A stretch of 64,000 nucleotides of DNA from positions 78,851-142,850 of the forward strand of contig CAZKGK010000001.1 in NCBI GenBank assembly GCA_964552555.1, written 5' to 3'. Below the pieces are notes generated by a model. It was given only the letters and a program-made list of their open reading frames with translations, was not told where the DNA came from and ran no database searches. Position 1 is the stretch's first letter, and every line of letters begins with the position of its first letter. Source of the DNA: an uncultured Candidatus Saccharibacteria bacterium (GTDB lineage: Bacteria > Patescibacteriota > Saccharimonadia > Saccharimonadales > UBA4665). Shown here one piece after another: positions 19,218 to 28,965 of the stretch. The translations under genes and the position numbers were made by a program.

Positions 19218-20501
19218 ATGAAAACTTTTGCACTCATAGATTGCAATAACTTCTTCGCAAGCTGCGAGAGACTCTTCCGGCCAGAGCTAGAAGGGGAACC
19301 AGTGGTCGTACTGAGCAGCAATGATGGCTGCGTCGTAGCGCGGAGCAACGAAGCAAAAGAGCTAGGCATCCCGATGGGAGCACCAGCATTCCAGTGGCGC
19401 GAGACTTTCAAACGCCACAAGGTAACTACCTTCTCGGCAAACTTTGCTATTTACGGCGATATCAGTAGACGCATCACTGCGTTGCTCGCGACGGTAACAC
19501 CGCGCATCGAGGTATATTCAGTAGATGAGTCATTCTTAGATCTATCCACACTACCAATCACTCATTATGCAGAGTGGGGCAGGGTCGTACGTGCTAGTGT
19601 CGAAAAAAATATCGGGGTCCCGGTGAGCATCGGTATTGCATCGAGCAAAACACTTGCGAAGCTGGCAAGCGATATCGCTAAAAAGCAGAGACAATATAAC
19701 GGCGTATTCGACTTCACAAGACTAAACGAACAGGAGTGGCAAGCAGCGTTGCAGGGAATACCCATTGGCGATGTATGGGGCGTAGGCTGGAGGCTAACGC
19801 CAAAGCTAAAAGCCGAGGGCATCAGTACCGCCCTAGCGCTCGCTAGATTGCGCCCCCAACGAGCACAGCAGTTGATGGGGATCCACGGGCGTCAATTAGT
19901 CGCCGAACTCAACGGAACCTCCTGCTACCCGCTCACCCGCGAACACGAGACAGCCAAAAGCATTATGCGTAGCCGTACTTTTGGGGAGGATGTGTCCGAG
20001 GCACACATACTTGAATCAGCGATAGCTACTCTTGGCGCACAGGCCGCGTTCAAGCTACGTAATGAAGCGCTCCTTGCCAGACGCATCGGCTTCTTTACGA
20101 ATACAAACCGCCATAAACCGGGCTATCGTCGTTGGGTCGAAGAACTCGTTTTACCCCAGCCCACCAGTGATAGCGGCGAAATAATCTCATTACTCGTACA
20201 ACAACTGGGGGAAATCTTTAATAGTCAACAGAAGTACCACCGCCTAGGCGTATTCTTATATGATCTCGTACCGGCGAAAGCCCTACAGACAGACATCCTA
20301 CAGACGATCAGCGCAGACAGACATGATCGCCAAACGGCTCGCATGCAAGCATTGGACTCTATCGCCGCAAAATATGGCAAAGGGAAGCTCTACTATGCGG
20401 CAGAAGATCTAGGGAAAAGCTGGCAGCCCAAACATCAAATCCGCTCTCCTCGCTACTTGTCTAACTGGGATGAATTACCAGAGGCGTACATCCATGGATA
20501 A
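19218..20501 (+). CDS. umuC: Y-family DNA polymerase (UmuC/Pol V catalytic subunit)
   Basis: FALIDCNNFFASCERLFRP, VVVLSSNDGCVVARS, YSVDESFLD and a C-terminal SPRYLSNWDELP. Confidence 0.95.
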   Translation: MKTFALIDCNNFFASCERLFRPELEGEPVVVLSSNDGCVVARSNEAKELGIPMGAPAFQWRETFKRHKVTTFSANFAIYGDISRRITALLATVTPRIEVYSVDESFLDLSTLPITHYAEWGRVVRASVEKNIGVPVSIGIASSKTLAKLASDIAKKQRQYNGVFDFTRLNEQEWQAALQGIPIGDVWGVGWRLTPKLKAEGISTALALARLRPQRAQQLMGIHGRQLVAELNGTSCYPLTREHETAKSIMRSRTFGEDVSEAHILESAIATLGAQAAFKLRNEALLARRIGFFTNTNRHKPGYRRWVEELVLPQPTSDSGEIISLLVQQLGEIFNSQQKYHRLGVFLYDLVPAKALQTDILQTISADRHDRQTARMQALDSIAAKYGKGKLYYAAEDLGKSWQPKHQIRSPRYLSNWDELPEAYIHG

Positions 20502-21162
20502 TGCAGATTCCTACACGTTTCACCGTGTTCCCAATACGAGCGCCAATCGATTTCATGGGGAACCACTCATCTCGGATCAAGTCTCAAAAGCCGACATTAA
20601 CCTCATCTGGCGAGAACTAGAACAAGTACTAGCCGATAACATAACAGGGGCCGTCGTGGAATTCGGGTGCTACGTCGGTACAACCAGTTTATTCATTAGG
20701 CGTCTCCTCAATAAAGCAAACGAACAGACAAGACCGTTCCATGTATACGACTCATTCGAGGGCCTTCCTCAAAAAGCCACTGGGGATGCTAGTGCCGCAG
20801 GGGTAGATTTCCAAGCTGGCAAGTTAGCAGTCAGTAAAAAAGAGTTCCTGCGTCAATTCCATATCGCCAGATTACAGCCCCCCATCATACATAAAGGCTG
20901 GTTTAGCGCGCTGGACGATGATGCCGTGCCCAATCCTATTGCGTTCGCATTCTTAGATGGAGATTTTTATACCTCCATCCTCGATTCGCTGAAACTTGTC
21001 TGGCCAAACATGGCCCCGAAGGGAACTATCCTTATAGATGACTATCAGCGCCCTGAGCTACCAGGTGTCGAGCAAGCCGTTCATGAGTTCTTTCAAGATA
21101 AGGCTATGCCGATAATACGAGTCGAGCACAATATAGCAATATTGCGTATGGGTAAAAGCTAG
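20494..21162 (+). CDS. TylF/MycF-family O-methyltransferase
   Basis: GAVVEFGCYVG, YDSFEGLP, HKGWF, AFLDGDFYTS and IDDY; overlaps the umuC stop. Confidence 0.88.
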   Translation: MDNADSYTFHRVPNTSANRFHGEPLISDQVSKADINLIWRELEQVLADNITGAVVEFGCYVGTTSLFIRRLLNKANEQTRPFHVYDSFEGLPQKATGDASAAGVDFQAGKLAVSKKEFLRQFHIARLQPPIIHKGWFSALDDDAVPNPIAFAFLDGDFYTSILDSLKLVWPNMAPKGTILIDDYQRPELPGVEQAVHEFFQDKAMPIIRVEHNIAILRMGKS

Positions 21163-21385
21163 GGCACGAATTTTCAGGAACCCTAGGCTCAGTCCACGCA
21201 CCGCAAAATCTTGCCGTGACGTACTAATCCCGTTCGGTAGGCCCTTCTGCGGATATCTCATCTTGAGATCCGGTCATTTTTACTTCAACGTAAAATTTTT
21301 ACGCGATGCCACTATAACTCTATCTGCCATAGGAGCCAAACTTTATTAACTCAATATCCGACATACTCAGTGATACACTAGCACT

Positions 21386-21823
21386 ATGACTACGCCCATA
21401 TTAAAAGCGCTAAACTTTGCATATCATGAGCTTATCGCAAAACGTAGTCGTCAGATACCTTTCTGGATACTTTGCGGATTTCTTCCAACATTCCTTATCG
21501 CCCGTTTCATAGTAGACACCTCCCCAGGTCTTTTTCTTGCGGTTCACGGAACTCATGTCCATCACTTTACCTATGGCATTATCGTACTGGCTGCTACAGG
21601 GTTTGCGTCACTAGTATGGGAAAAGGCGTCGCGAACGGCTCTCGCTATCGTATATGGAATCGGACTTGCACTATCATTTGACGAATTTGGCATGTGGCTC
21701 CACCTGACGGACAACTACAATATCGATCAGTCTGAGTTCGTCATGGTTGGTATATTGGTTTTCCTCGTAATTATCGTCTACGGTGTCGGTATTGCTAGAC
21801 GCGCAATTCGTTTCATTCGCTAA
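21386..21823 (+). CDS. Integral membrane protein (about 4 TM)
   Basis: Hydrophobic helices with HVHHFTYGI and GLALSFDEFGMWLHL, a recurrent membrane-protein motif. Confidence 0.75.
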   Translation: MTTPILKALNFAYHELIAKRSRQIPFWILCGFLPTFLIARFIVDTSPGLFLAVHGTHVHHFTYGIIVLAATGFASLVWEKASRTALAIVYGIGLALSFDEFGMWLHLTDNYNIDQSEFVMVGILVFLVIIVYGVGIARRAIRFIR

Positions 21824-21824
21824 G

Positions 21825-22478
21825 CTAGAACCATTGCACAACACCACCATGATGTGAACAAGTGCCCCTGCGTGACTGGCTAAAGCTATATGTACCATCC
21901 GCGCAGTGGGCTGTTGCGCCAGCTGGAGCACTAGGACTGACCTCGGGACTGCAGACCGTATTACCGACAGAGTTTACGTAACTGCCATTTGTGCAGCTTG
22001 GAGTTGGAGCAGGGACGGGGGTAGGAACAGGTGCGGGTGGCACAACAACAGGATTAGGAGTGGGGACAGGCATCACTTGGGATGTCGCATTTGGATTACC
22101 GGCAAGGAAGCTAACTTTATCGTTGGCTACAGTATAGAAACGTACGTAATTTATCGGGCGCTGTTGCGGTCTATGGTTCGTGGTCTTCACTTCTCTTGCA
22201 AAAGATACCTTACCACTGCCCGTAAGCACTACTCGATGGAAGGTTGCCCAATTCTTACTATTAACCGTTGCATCGGTAGGGCTCTTGTCGTTCACATAGA
22301 GCACTAGCTTCGTGCCAGATGCGTCCTTCACCACAACGTCAAACGTATTATTGCCCTTAGCATAACCAGCAGCAATGCCAATACCTACTGGGCTCGCAGA
22401 GACTTGCGCTACAGACAAAAGAGTGATGAAGGCAAAAACTGAAAGTATGCTGAGTATTTTCTTAATCATAGTTTGCAT
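21825..22478 (-). CDS. Secreted DUF3761 domain-containing protein
   Basis: Signal peptide, Pro-rich linker, and C-terminal GATAHCADGTYSFSQSRRGTCSHHGGVVQW. Confidence 0.88.
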   Translation of the reverse strand: MQTMIKKILSILSVFAFITLLSVAQVSASPVGIGIAAGYAKGNNTFDVVVKDASGTKLVLYVNDKSPTDATVNSKNWATFHRVVLTGSGKVSFAREVKTTNHRPQQRPINYVRFYTVANDKVSFLAGNPNATSQVMPVPTPNPVVVPPAPVPTPVPAPTPSCTNGSYVNSVGNTVCSPEVSPSAPAGATAHCADGTYSFSQSRRGTCSHHGGVVQWF

Positions 22479-22597
22479 TTAATACTCTTGTTGCAAAATA
22501 TGCAACAAAAATGAATAAAACATTAAAACCAATTCGCTTGTGCCAGGAGACGGATGATGTTGACTATATCAAATTTAAAGTAGATAGTAGATATACT

Positions 22598-24700
22598 ATG
22601 GCATCTGGAGAAATTCCTCTTCACTCTCCACTCGACAGAGAAGACATTCTGCCGCCTGGTGTAGATTGTATTGTCGAGGCGCCTGAAGTATTCAAACAGA
22701 TAGAGCAAGGTGAGCAAAGGCAATGGTTCTTGAATAAGGCCGCACGGGTATGCGGAGACTGCGCCTTACAAGGAGATAATTGTCCCAAAGAAGCAATCAA
22801 CTTTATGGGCGCCGAAATTGCCGTGTTTGATGGAATGGTTGTTAGGTCGGAGGCTGAAGCCGTCGAGGCAGCGCGCACCCAAGAGCCAACTTTCGTATTC
22901 CCCATGGGACAGCTGCCGAATGATGAAAAGGCGGCGCTGCGGTTTATTCGCGTACATAACCGCGCAGGCACTTTAGAGGCAGCGCCAGGAAAAGCAGGGA
23001 GAACAGTTGCGGATATATTCATCGGTCGAGCAATGGCAAATCTGACAGATACTGCTCCCTCCCTAGACTCCTCTGAGCTTGCACACCTATGCCATCAGCT
23101 ATACGGCATGATCACTAACGAGGACGTAACCGACGGAGTCCCCGTAACCCTCTTTTCGACACTATGTGAACAGGTGGCGCACGATGCTGCAAGGCTAAAG
23201 GCCGCGGGGCATGTCAACCCTGTTGACCTAGCCCTACGCCACCGCCCGGAAATATTTGAAGAACTCGGCATGCCCCCCGCAGAAAAACTAGAGGCACTAC
23301 GACAAACGCTCCGAGCCAACCCTAATATGCTCAATAGGTCTCCTCCATCCAATTTCGAAGATTTTATAGCAGCCCTCGAACCCAAAGTGCCGTTCACAGA
23401 CACGCAACGATTGGCGCTTCGACGCTTAAGTATAATGATCCGTTACAGGTGGCCACAGGATCTCAGGATAGAAGCAGAGCAACAGCTCTTCAACGAATTA
23501 GCACCGACACTACTCGCAGATATTACCGCCGTTGAGTATCTTGGTGTTCTTGGACCCCGCTTTGCGATCTCGTATAGTCCCGCCTACCTAGACGGACTTC
23601 TGGCTGAATTTATGCCTGTCAAAGAAATTACAAAGAAAGACCTCCTTTGGGCGTGCGAGAAAATGGGACAAACCACTCCACGAGAAGCATTGTACGCATT
23701 CATGATCACCCTAGACACACTGCGGCAAGGGGAATGGCCACAACCCATGAAAGACTTGAAGCCACTTAAGACTGCGGCACGTTCGTCCAATCCTGTTGCC
23801 GCCATGGAAACCATGCAATCAAGCCTAAAGCGGTTCAAGGAAAAATATCCAAATCATCGCTTTTTGAAAAAAGCCGACTTTTATCGTCTATGCTTCGAAA
23901 CGCCCGGCTCGGCTATGAATCGGGCGGCTACCTTTATTCGTACCTGTGAAGAGGTCGCTCCCGATTTTGCAGACGATCCAGACTTGACCGACGTAGGTCT
24001 TCGTAGGATTGCCATAAGGCATATAGCATCTCCTAAAATAGTTCGTAGCCGAATCGCCGAGTTCAAGGCTAGCGTGAAACGAGTACGGAATATGTATAGC
24101 GACCCTGAGGGGCTCGACGAAGAATCCCTGATTATCATCGCGAATGCACAACCATTTAACGTAGAAGGATCTGCCAAAACGTGGCTCTTCAGATATAAGA
24201 CTCTCACGAATAGATTTGACGGCATAGATACGTGGATACTAAAAAATTGTCTAGCGCACAATGTACATGTCAAAGAGCGGGAATTAATAACTCGTTTACA
24301 TTTGTATAACAGCTTTTTTCGCTCAAGCCTCAACATTGTGGCCTCCCGGAATGGTAAAGACATAGATGATTCAAGAGATAAACGACTTGAGGACAAAAAA
24401 TCTCTAGGTATAAATCCGGCACAGGTCCTGGAGGAGAAGGAGGCTGCCGTAGCGCAACTGAAACATATTTTCACTTTAGTACAAACTCTAGGGCCAGAAG
24501 AAAGGATGGCGGTAATGGAAGCGTATCAGATAGACTGGTACACCAAAGAAGCCTCCACTATGACCACGGAAGAGCTACAAGTTCATTTCGATACAGAAAA
24601 TCTAAAAGTATATGTCGATACGCATATCATGCCCCGACTGCAACAGGCAGTCGCCAGCCAGCAGCAAAGCAGCTCTGCTTGCGTACCGCCAAATAGCTAG
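22598..24700 (+). CDS. Large hypothetical protein: N-terminal WhiB-like 4-Cys cluster, central helical repeats, C-terminal sigma70-region-4-like segment
   Basis: ORF 22511-24700; probable start ATG 22598. Contains DCIVEAPEVF...KAARVCGDC...NC...AVFDG. Confidence 0.6.
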   Translation: MASGEIPLHSPLDREDILPPGVDCIVEAPEVFKQIEQGEQRQWFLNKAARVCGDCALQGDNCPKEAINFMGAEIAVFDGMVVRSEAEAVEAARTQEPTFVFPMGQLPNDEKAALRFIRVHNRAGTLEAAPGKAGRTVADIFIGRAMANLTDTAPSLDSSELAHLCHQLYGMITNEDVTDGVPVTLFSTLCEQVAHDAARLKAAGHVNPVDLALRHRPEIFEELGMPPAEKLEALRQTLRANPNMLNRSPPSNFEDFIAALEPKVPFTDTQRLALRRLSIMIRYRWPQDLRIEAEQQLFNELAPTLLADITAVEYLGVLGPRFAISYSPAYLDGLLAEFMPVKEITKKDLLWACEKMGQTTPREALYAFMITLDTLRQGEWPQPMKDLKPLKTAARSSNPVAAMETMQSSLKRFKEKYPNHRFLKKADFYRLCFETPGSAMNRAATFIRTCEEVAPDFADDPDLTDVGLRRIAIRHIASPKIVRSRIAEFKASVKRVRNMYSDPEGLDEESLIIIANAQPFNVEGSAKTWLFRYKTLTNRFDGIDTWILKNCLAHNVHVKERELITRLHLYNSFFRSSLNIVASRNGKDIDDSRDKRLEDKKSLGINPAQVLEEKEAAVAQLKHIFTLVQTLGPEERMAVMEAYQIDWYTKEASTMTTEELQVHFDTENLKVYVDTHIMPRLQQAVASQQQSSSACVPPNS

Positions 24701-24714
24701 CATACTATGGCTTT

Positions 24715-25326
24715 ATGAATACCTACGATTATCTCATCGTATTATGTCCAGGCATCGTCAATGATAAAGGGCAGTTTGACGAAATCGACTCGAACGGTCT
24801 CTATCTTGGCGGGCAAGTACGGATGCAGGCTGCTGCGGCACTCCATACAGATCCCACAGTTGAAATCGGTAAGTATATCATCGTAGGTGGGGGTATGGAA
24901 AAGACGAACATAACAAAAAGGCAAGAGAAAGTCGATTGCATGTGCAGCTTCCTCAAGAATAAGGGCGTGCCAAAAGAAACTATTGTTCGTGTCGTTTCTG
25001 GTGCAGATACATCTGGCAATTTTCGAGCACTATGGAAAGTGTTCAGGTCCGAGCTGCAACAAAAACGTATCGGCATCCTGACTAATTTCTACCACATGCC
25101 GCGTGTAATGCGTATTGCCCAGGATGCACAGTTTGACTGGCAGGTGTCGTTTGTTCCTATCTGCGCCGAAGCAATACGTCCGGCTGAACCTCCGCTGGAT
25201 CACATACCCGGATTGAGTGCCCGGATTGCTACAGAAATCAAAGGGCTGGGGGACTGGGAACGAGGAGAATACAGAGACCAGCATAAGCCAGTAATCGAAT
25301 GGGAAGGTGAGCTACTCCCGGACTAA
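24715..25326 (+). CDS. YdcF/DUF218 (SanA-like) family protein
   Basis: IIVGGG, ADTSGNF and IGILTNFYHMPRV match the DUF218 T-x-x-Y-H-x-x-R motif. Confidence 0.8.
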   Translation: MNTYDYLIVLCPGIVNDKGQFDEIDSNGLYLGGQVRMQAAAALHTDPTVEIGKYIIVGGGMEKTNITKRQEKVDCMCSFLKNKGVPKETIVRVVSGADTSGNFRALWKVFRSELQQKRIGILTNFYHMPRVMRIAQDAQFDWQVSFVPICAEAIRPAEPPLDHIPGLSARIATEIKGLGDWERGEYRDQHKPVIEWEGELLPD

Positions 25327-25351
25327 GAGATATAGCTCCCACTCCTACTTG

Positions 25352-26860
25352 CTAGTAAGGGTCGTTGGTGCCGCCAGGTAGGTTGACTGGCTTAGTCTTG
25401 TAATAGCGCACATAATCGACTTCAGAGGTGGGCATAGTGCCAATAGCAGGATCGTTGTCTGTACTGTGATTAGGAGAGCCGGCTCCTACAAATTTAGGAT
25501 CCATCGTGTAGTTCATGCGAATACCCAGATCAGCGTTCCGATACCAGGCAGCATCGTTACCAGTAAGGGTACCAATAGTAGCTCCGTCTCGGGCATAAGT
25601 AATTTTATCTGCGGTCCATTCTATAGAATAGCGATGCCAGTTAGATGTATCGGTATTAAGTGTTGCTACGTTCTGTCCTTCTTTGTTCACGCCGCCAACA
25701 GATCTATTTGGATTGAAGTGGACACCGGCATACCAGGGCGATCCAGTCCTACTGCCGAAGATCTCGATCATGTCCAGCTCCGCACCTTCGTAACCGTTAT
25801 GCTTGTCTGCTATGTTATTGAATAGCCACAGGGTGGGGAACATGCCTCGTACGGGGTTAGGATTACGCATACGCCACTCAAAATACCCATAGCGCCAGGT
25901 AAGATTTGTGACATTATTTGATACAAGGTATGGCCCGACCCACTTGTTGCCTACACCAGGGATACCCGGATTACGCATAGCCTTCATAGAGAGGACGCCG
26001 TTGGCAACATTAGCCAGTCCGTATTGCTGGAGTTGAGACTGAGTAGCATTCCAGTTCTCAGCGACAAAATCACCATAGCCGTTGTTCAGTGAGCCGCCGG
26101 CTTCATATCCCTTGGTTCGCCAGGTGCCGCCACCGTTATCTGTAGCGTAGGACAGAGAATTGCCATTAAATTCATCGCTCCAGGTGGGTCGCTGCAGGCC
26201 TGAAGTCGGAGGAGTAGGAGTAGGGGTCGGGGTCGGTGATGGTGTGGGTGGCGTAGGTACCGGGGTGGGGGTAGGAGTTACGGGTGGGGTAGAACCTTGT
26301 TGCGGGTGCCACTTTTGCGCATTCGTTGCGTTACAGTCCCAAATCCATATTTGGGTACCATCGGCTTGGCCCGAGTACTGGACATCCAGACAGCGCCCAG
26401 ATTGAGGATTAACTATTGCGTTATTGGCGCCAAGTTTCCAAATTTGCGCAGCAGTGCCATTACACTCGTAGAGCTGCACGAGAGTCCCTGCTACTCGTTT
26501 GCCGCTTTTTACGTCAAGGCACCAGTTATCTGTATTATTAGCATGGATGGTGCCGTTCTCACGAATTGTCCACTTTTGCGCAGTACTATTATTACACTTG
26601 TACAACTGTATTTTTGCCTCGTTGACATGTCTGTCAGCTTGCAGGTCTAAACATTTGCCGTTAAAAGCAGAATTAATAGGTGCCGGTACGGTTGCAGCAT
26701 GTGTCACATATAAAGCAATTATTCCACCGACTACTGCGAAAGAGACGACAAAGACAGCAAGCTTCGAGTTACGCTTGAAAAATTGAGATAAAGACGACAT
26801 CTTTTTAGGTGACGCCACTGGGGTGTCGGCGTCGGTAGGGTTATCCGAGGAGGATTGCAT
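25352..26860 (-). CDS. Membrane-anchored ricin-B lectin + GH16 glycoside hydrolase
   Basis: N-terminal TM; three QxW lectin repeats (KCLDL...AQKW); P/T linker; WSDEFNG, GYFEWR and the catalytic ELDMIE motif. Confidence 0.88.
   Translation of the reverse strand: MQSSSDNPTDADTPVASPKKMSSLSQFFKRNSKLAVFVVSFAVVGGIIALYVTHAATVPAPINSAFNGKCLDLQADRHVNEAKIQLYKCNNSTAQKWTIRENGTIHANNTDNWCLDVKSGKRVAGTLVQLYECNGTAAQIWKLGANNAIVNPQSGRCLDVQYSGQADGTQIWIWDCNATNAQKWHPQQGSTPPVTPTPTPVPTPPTPSPTPTPTPTPPTSGLQRPTWSDEFNGNSLSYATDNGGGTWRTKGYEAGGSLNNGYGDFVAENWNATQSQLQQYGLANVANGVLSMKAMRNPGIPGVGNKWVGPYLVSNNVTNLTWRYGYFEWRMRNPNPVRGMFPTLWLFNNIADKHNGYEGAELDMIEIFGSRTGSPWYAGVHFNPNRSVGGVNKEGQNVATLNTDTSNWHRYSIEWTADKITYARDGATIGTLTGNDAAWYRNADLGIRMNYTMDPKFVGAGSPNHSTDNDPAIGTMPTSEVDYVRYYKTKPVNLPGGTNDPY
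26207..26282 (-). repeat. Pro/Thr low-complexity linker (PTPTP repeats)
   Basis: TPPVTPTPTPVPTPPTPSPTPTPTPTPP between the lectin and GH16 domains. Confidence 0.85.
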
Positions 26861-26960
26861 ATGTTTTCCTTTTTCATTTTTTGTATGTTTGTATGCTCAT
26901 TTTTAGTATAGAATTCTTTCTAGAATTTCTCAAGAAAACTACAGCTAAGCAAAAAATCAC

Positions 26961-28040
26961 TTAGCCCTCTTTAGCGAGCGGCTGTTTTTCTTCTTGAGCC
27001 GCAAGATACATCTGAATAGTAGAAACAATAAGAATCATGAGCACCGGCCCCACAACAATGCCCAAAAATCCGAACATACCAACCCCAGCGAAAACCGATA
27101 ATAACGTCAGTGCTGAATTGAGATGCGCGCTGCGAGGCACGAGTCGAGGACGAATAAGGTTATCTATATTCGTTACTATCAGGAAATGTCCTAGTAGTAC
27201 AAGCAGCCCTTGCCAAATATGGCCGGTCAACAATAGAACCACGCCGATAGGTATAGCCACAATGCCACCACCAAGTGGTATTATCGACAGCAAACTGAGT
27301 AGCATGAACATAAAGAAGAAGAGGTACTGGAATCCAACAAACGCTAAAATGATTGCCCCGACAAGACCCTGCACAATAGCCACGATAAACTGACCACGCA
27401 CCATGGCCGTAGTCATCTTTCCCATTTTCGTCAAATATTCATTGCTCGCTTTGATGCCGAGTGGGTTCAATCGACGCAGCGCACCAAGTAGGGTGCCCTG
27501 GAATATGAGCATATTCATAAATAGATAAATATATAGAATCACCGTGACAAATAAGCTGGCCACATTACCTGCAGAACCGCTCAAGAAACTCAGTACTTTT
27601 TGCGCAATCGTCCCGACAGCACTCTCAGCATGCGAGGTAATCATTGCCTGGGTTATATGGTGGTCACCAGGAAAATGTGCGAGCAAACGGTTCGTGTCAT
27701 CTAGTAACTTTTGGCCGAACTTTCCAACAGTAGTAATATCTAGCGTGCCGTTCTGGACACTATGCACAATATTCTGCACCTGAAAAAAGGTAAGGAAACC
27801 AACGAGGACAAGCGGGATAATAATGATGGCTACGCACGCCAAAAGAGTGAGCGAAGCAGCACTACTTTTACGCTTCAGCTTACGACTCAGCCACGAATAG
27901 AGTGGGTTCAATAAGTAAGCCGTGATGGCAGCAAAAGCAATAACAGTGAAAAAGTTACGCAAAAAATAAACGCCAAATCCAACAGCAACAAAGGCAGCAA
28001 CTGCCAGCGTTCCTTTGCGATTTTGTGGTAGTACTGCCAT
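26961..28040 (-). CDS. AI-2E family transporter
   Basis: Multi-TM protein with AYLLNPLY, IDNLIRPRLV and GFLGIVVGP. Confidence 0.92.
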   Translation of the reverse strand: MAVLPQNRKGTLAVAAFVAVGFGVYFLRNFFTVIAFAAITAYLLNPLYSWLSRKLKRKSSAASLTLLACVAIIIIPLVLVGFLTFFQVQNIVHSVQNGTLDITTVGKFGQKLLDDTNRLLAHFPGDHHITQAMITSHAESAVGTIAQKVLSFLSGSAGNVASLFVTVILYIYLFMNMLIFQGTLLGALRRLNPLGIKASNEYLTKMGKMTTAMVRGQFIVAIVQGLVGAIILAFVGFQYLFFFMFMLLSLLSIIPLGGGIVAIPIGVVLLLTGHIWQGLLVLLGHFLIVTNIDNLIRPRLVPRSAHLNSALTLLSVFAGVGMFGFLGIVVGPVLMILIVSTIQMYLAAQEEKQPLAKEG

Positions 28041-28078
28041 AGCCTATTCAGTGTATATGCTTCCTCTCGTCGGTGCAA

Positions 28079-28801
28079 TTAGAGAGGGCGGGGGGCATAG
28101 CCATGCCGTGCGGATTCAACTACCTCATAATAAGGCAAATCTGGACCATATGAGCTAACCCTGGCCTGAACGCTACCCACACTATACGCCTCTAACCGCC
28201 ATTGATCTACAGGCGCAGCACCTTCACCAAAATAGGTATATTTTGGAGTGGCCACCTCTGGGCGCGGGCGAAAGCCACGGTGCGTCCACCAATCAAGCCC
28301 TTCTTTATTTTCGTCAAATACATATGCCGTGGGCCTCTGGTTGGGATCGAAAGGCCGTAGCACTTCTTCAAGCATAATAGACCCTACGCCTTGACCTTGA
28401 TACTTGGGAAGCGTATTGAGCTGAGCAACGCTGGCATATGGCCGCTTACCTAGTGCTTCATAAGCAGCTCTTTTTGCATACTGACGAGGAACGCTCAGCG
28501 TGCCCACATCATCCGTAGCCCATGCGTAGCCGATCATCTGATTTCGGAGGACTGCCACCACACCCACAAAAGTGCCAATCTTTCCCCTCATTTTGCTATA
28601 CAGTCTTTCGGTATTATGATAACCATCATTCGGATCAAACATATGTCGTATTTCTGTATCAGTCCGTTCGCCATTGCCTCGACTCAAGCTTACTGTCCAC
28701 GCTTCGTAACCAATTGGCTGTGCTAACTGTGCGAACGTTCTCGTCGCAACCCTCGTCCGCGCTATGCGCAGATCATCACCTATCTCGTATTGCTTAGACA
28801 T
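28079..28801 (-). CDS. GNAT family N-acetyltransferase
   Basis: Acetyl-CoA motif A LNTLPKYQGQGVGSIML and N..GLDWWTHRGF; SD-like GGTGAGG upstream. Confidence 0.8.
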   Translation of the reverse strand: MSKQYEIGDDLRIARTRVATRTFAQLAQPIGYEAWTVSLSRGNGERTDTEIRHMFDPNDGYHNTERLYSKMRGKIGTFVGVVAVLRNQMIGYAWATDDVGTLSVPRQYAKRAAYEALGKRPYASVAQLNTLPKYQGQGVGSIMLEEVLRPFDPNQRPTAYVFDENKEGLDWWTHRGFRPRPEVATPKYTYFGEGAAPVDQWRLEAYSVGSVQARVSSYGPDLPYYEVVESARHGYAPRPL

Positions 28802-28965
28802 AGCCTCACCATTAAGGACACAAAAAGTAATCAGCTTCTGAGATCTATATTATACCATAAAATGCTGCTCCCGGCATAACTCTCCTGAATCAATCAGTTC
28901 TTTACCGCAGCTCAAAAAAACCTTCTTGCAGTTGATTTACTGGCCGCTCTAGGTATTCTTATGTC

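Noticed and set aside
21163-21385. Short palindromes (CGTAAAATTTTTACG; ATCTCA-TCT-TGAGAT) and broken minus-strand ORF pieces
   Set aside because: The helices are too short and isolated to call an RNA, and the ORF fragments do not form a coherent protein.
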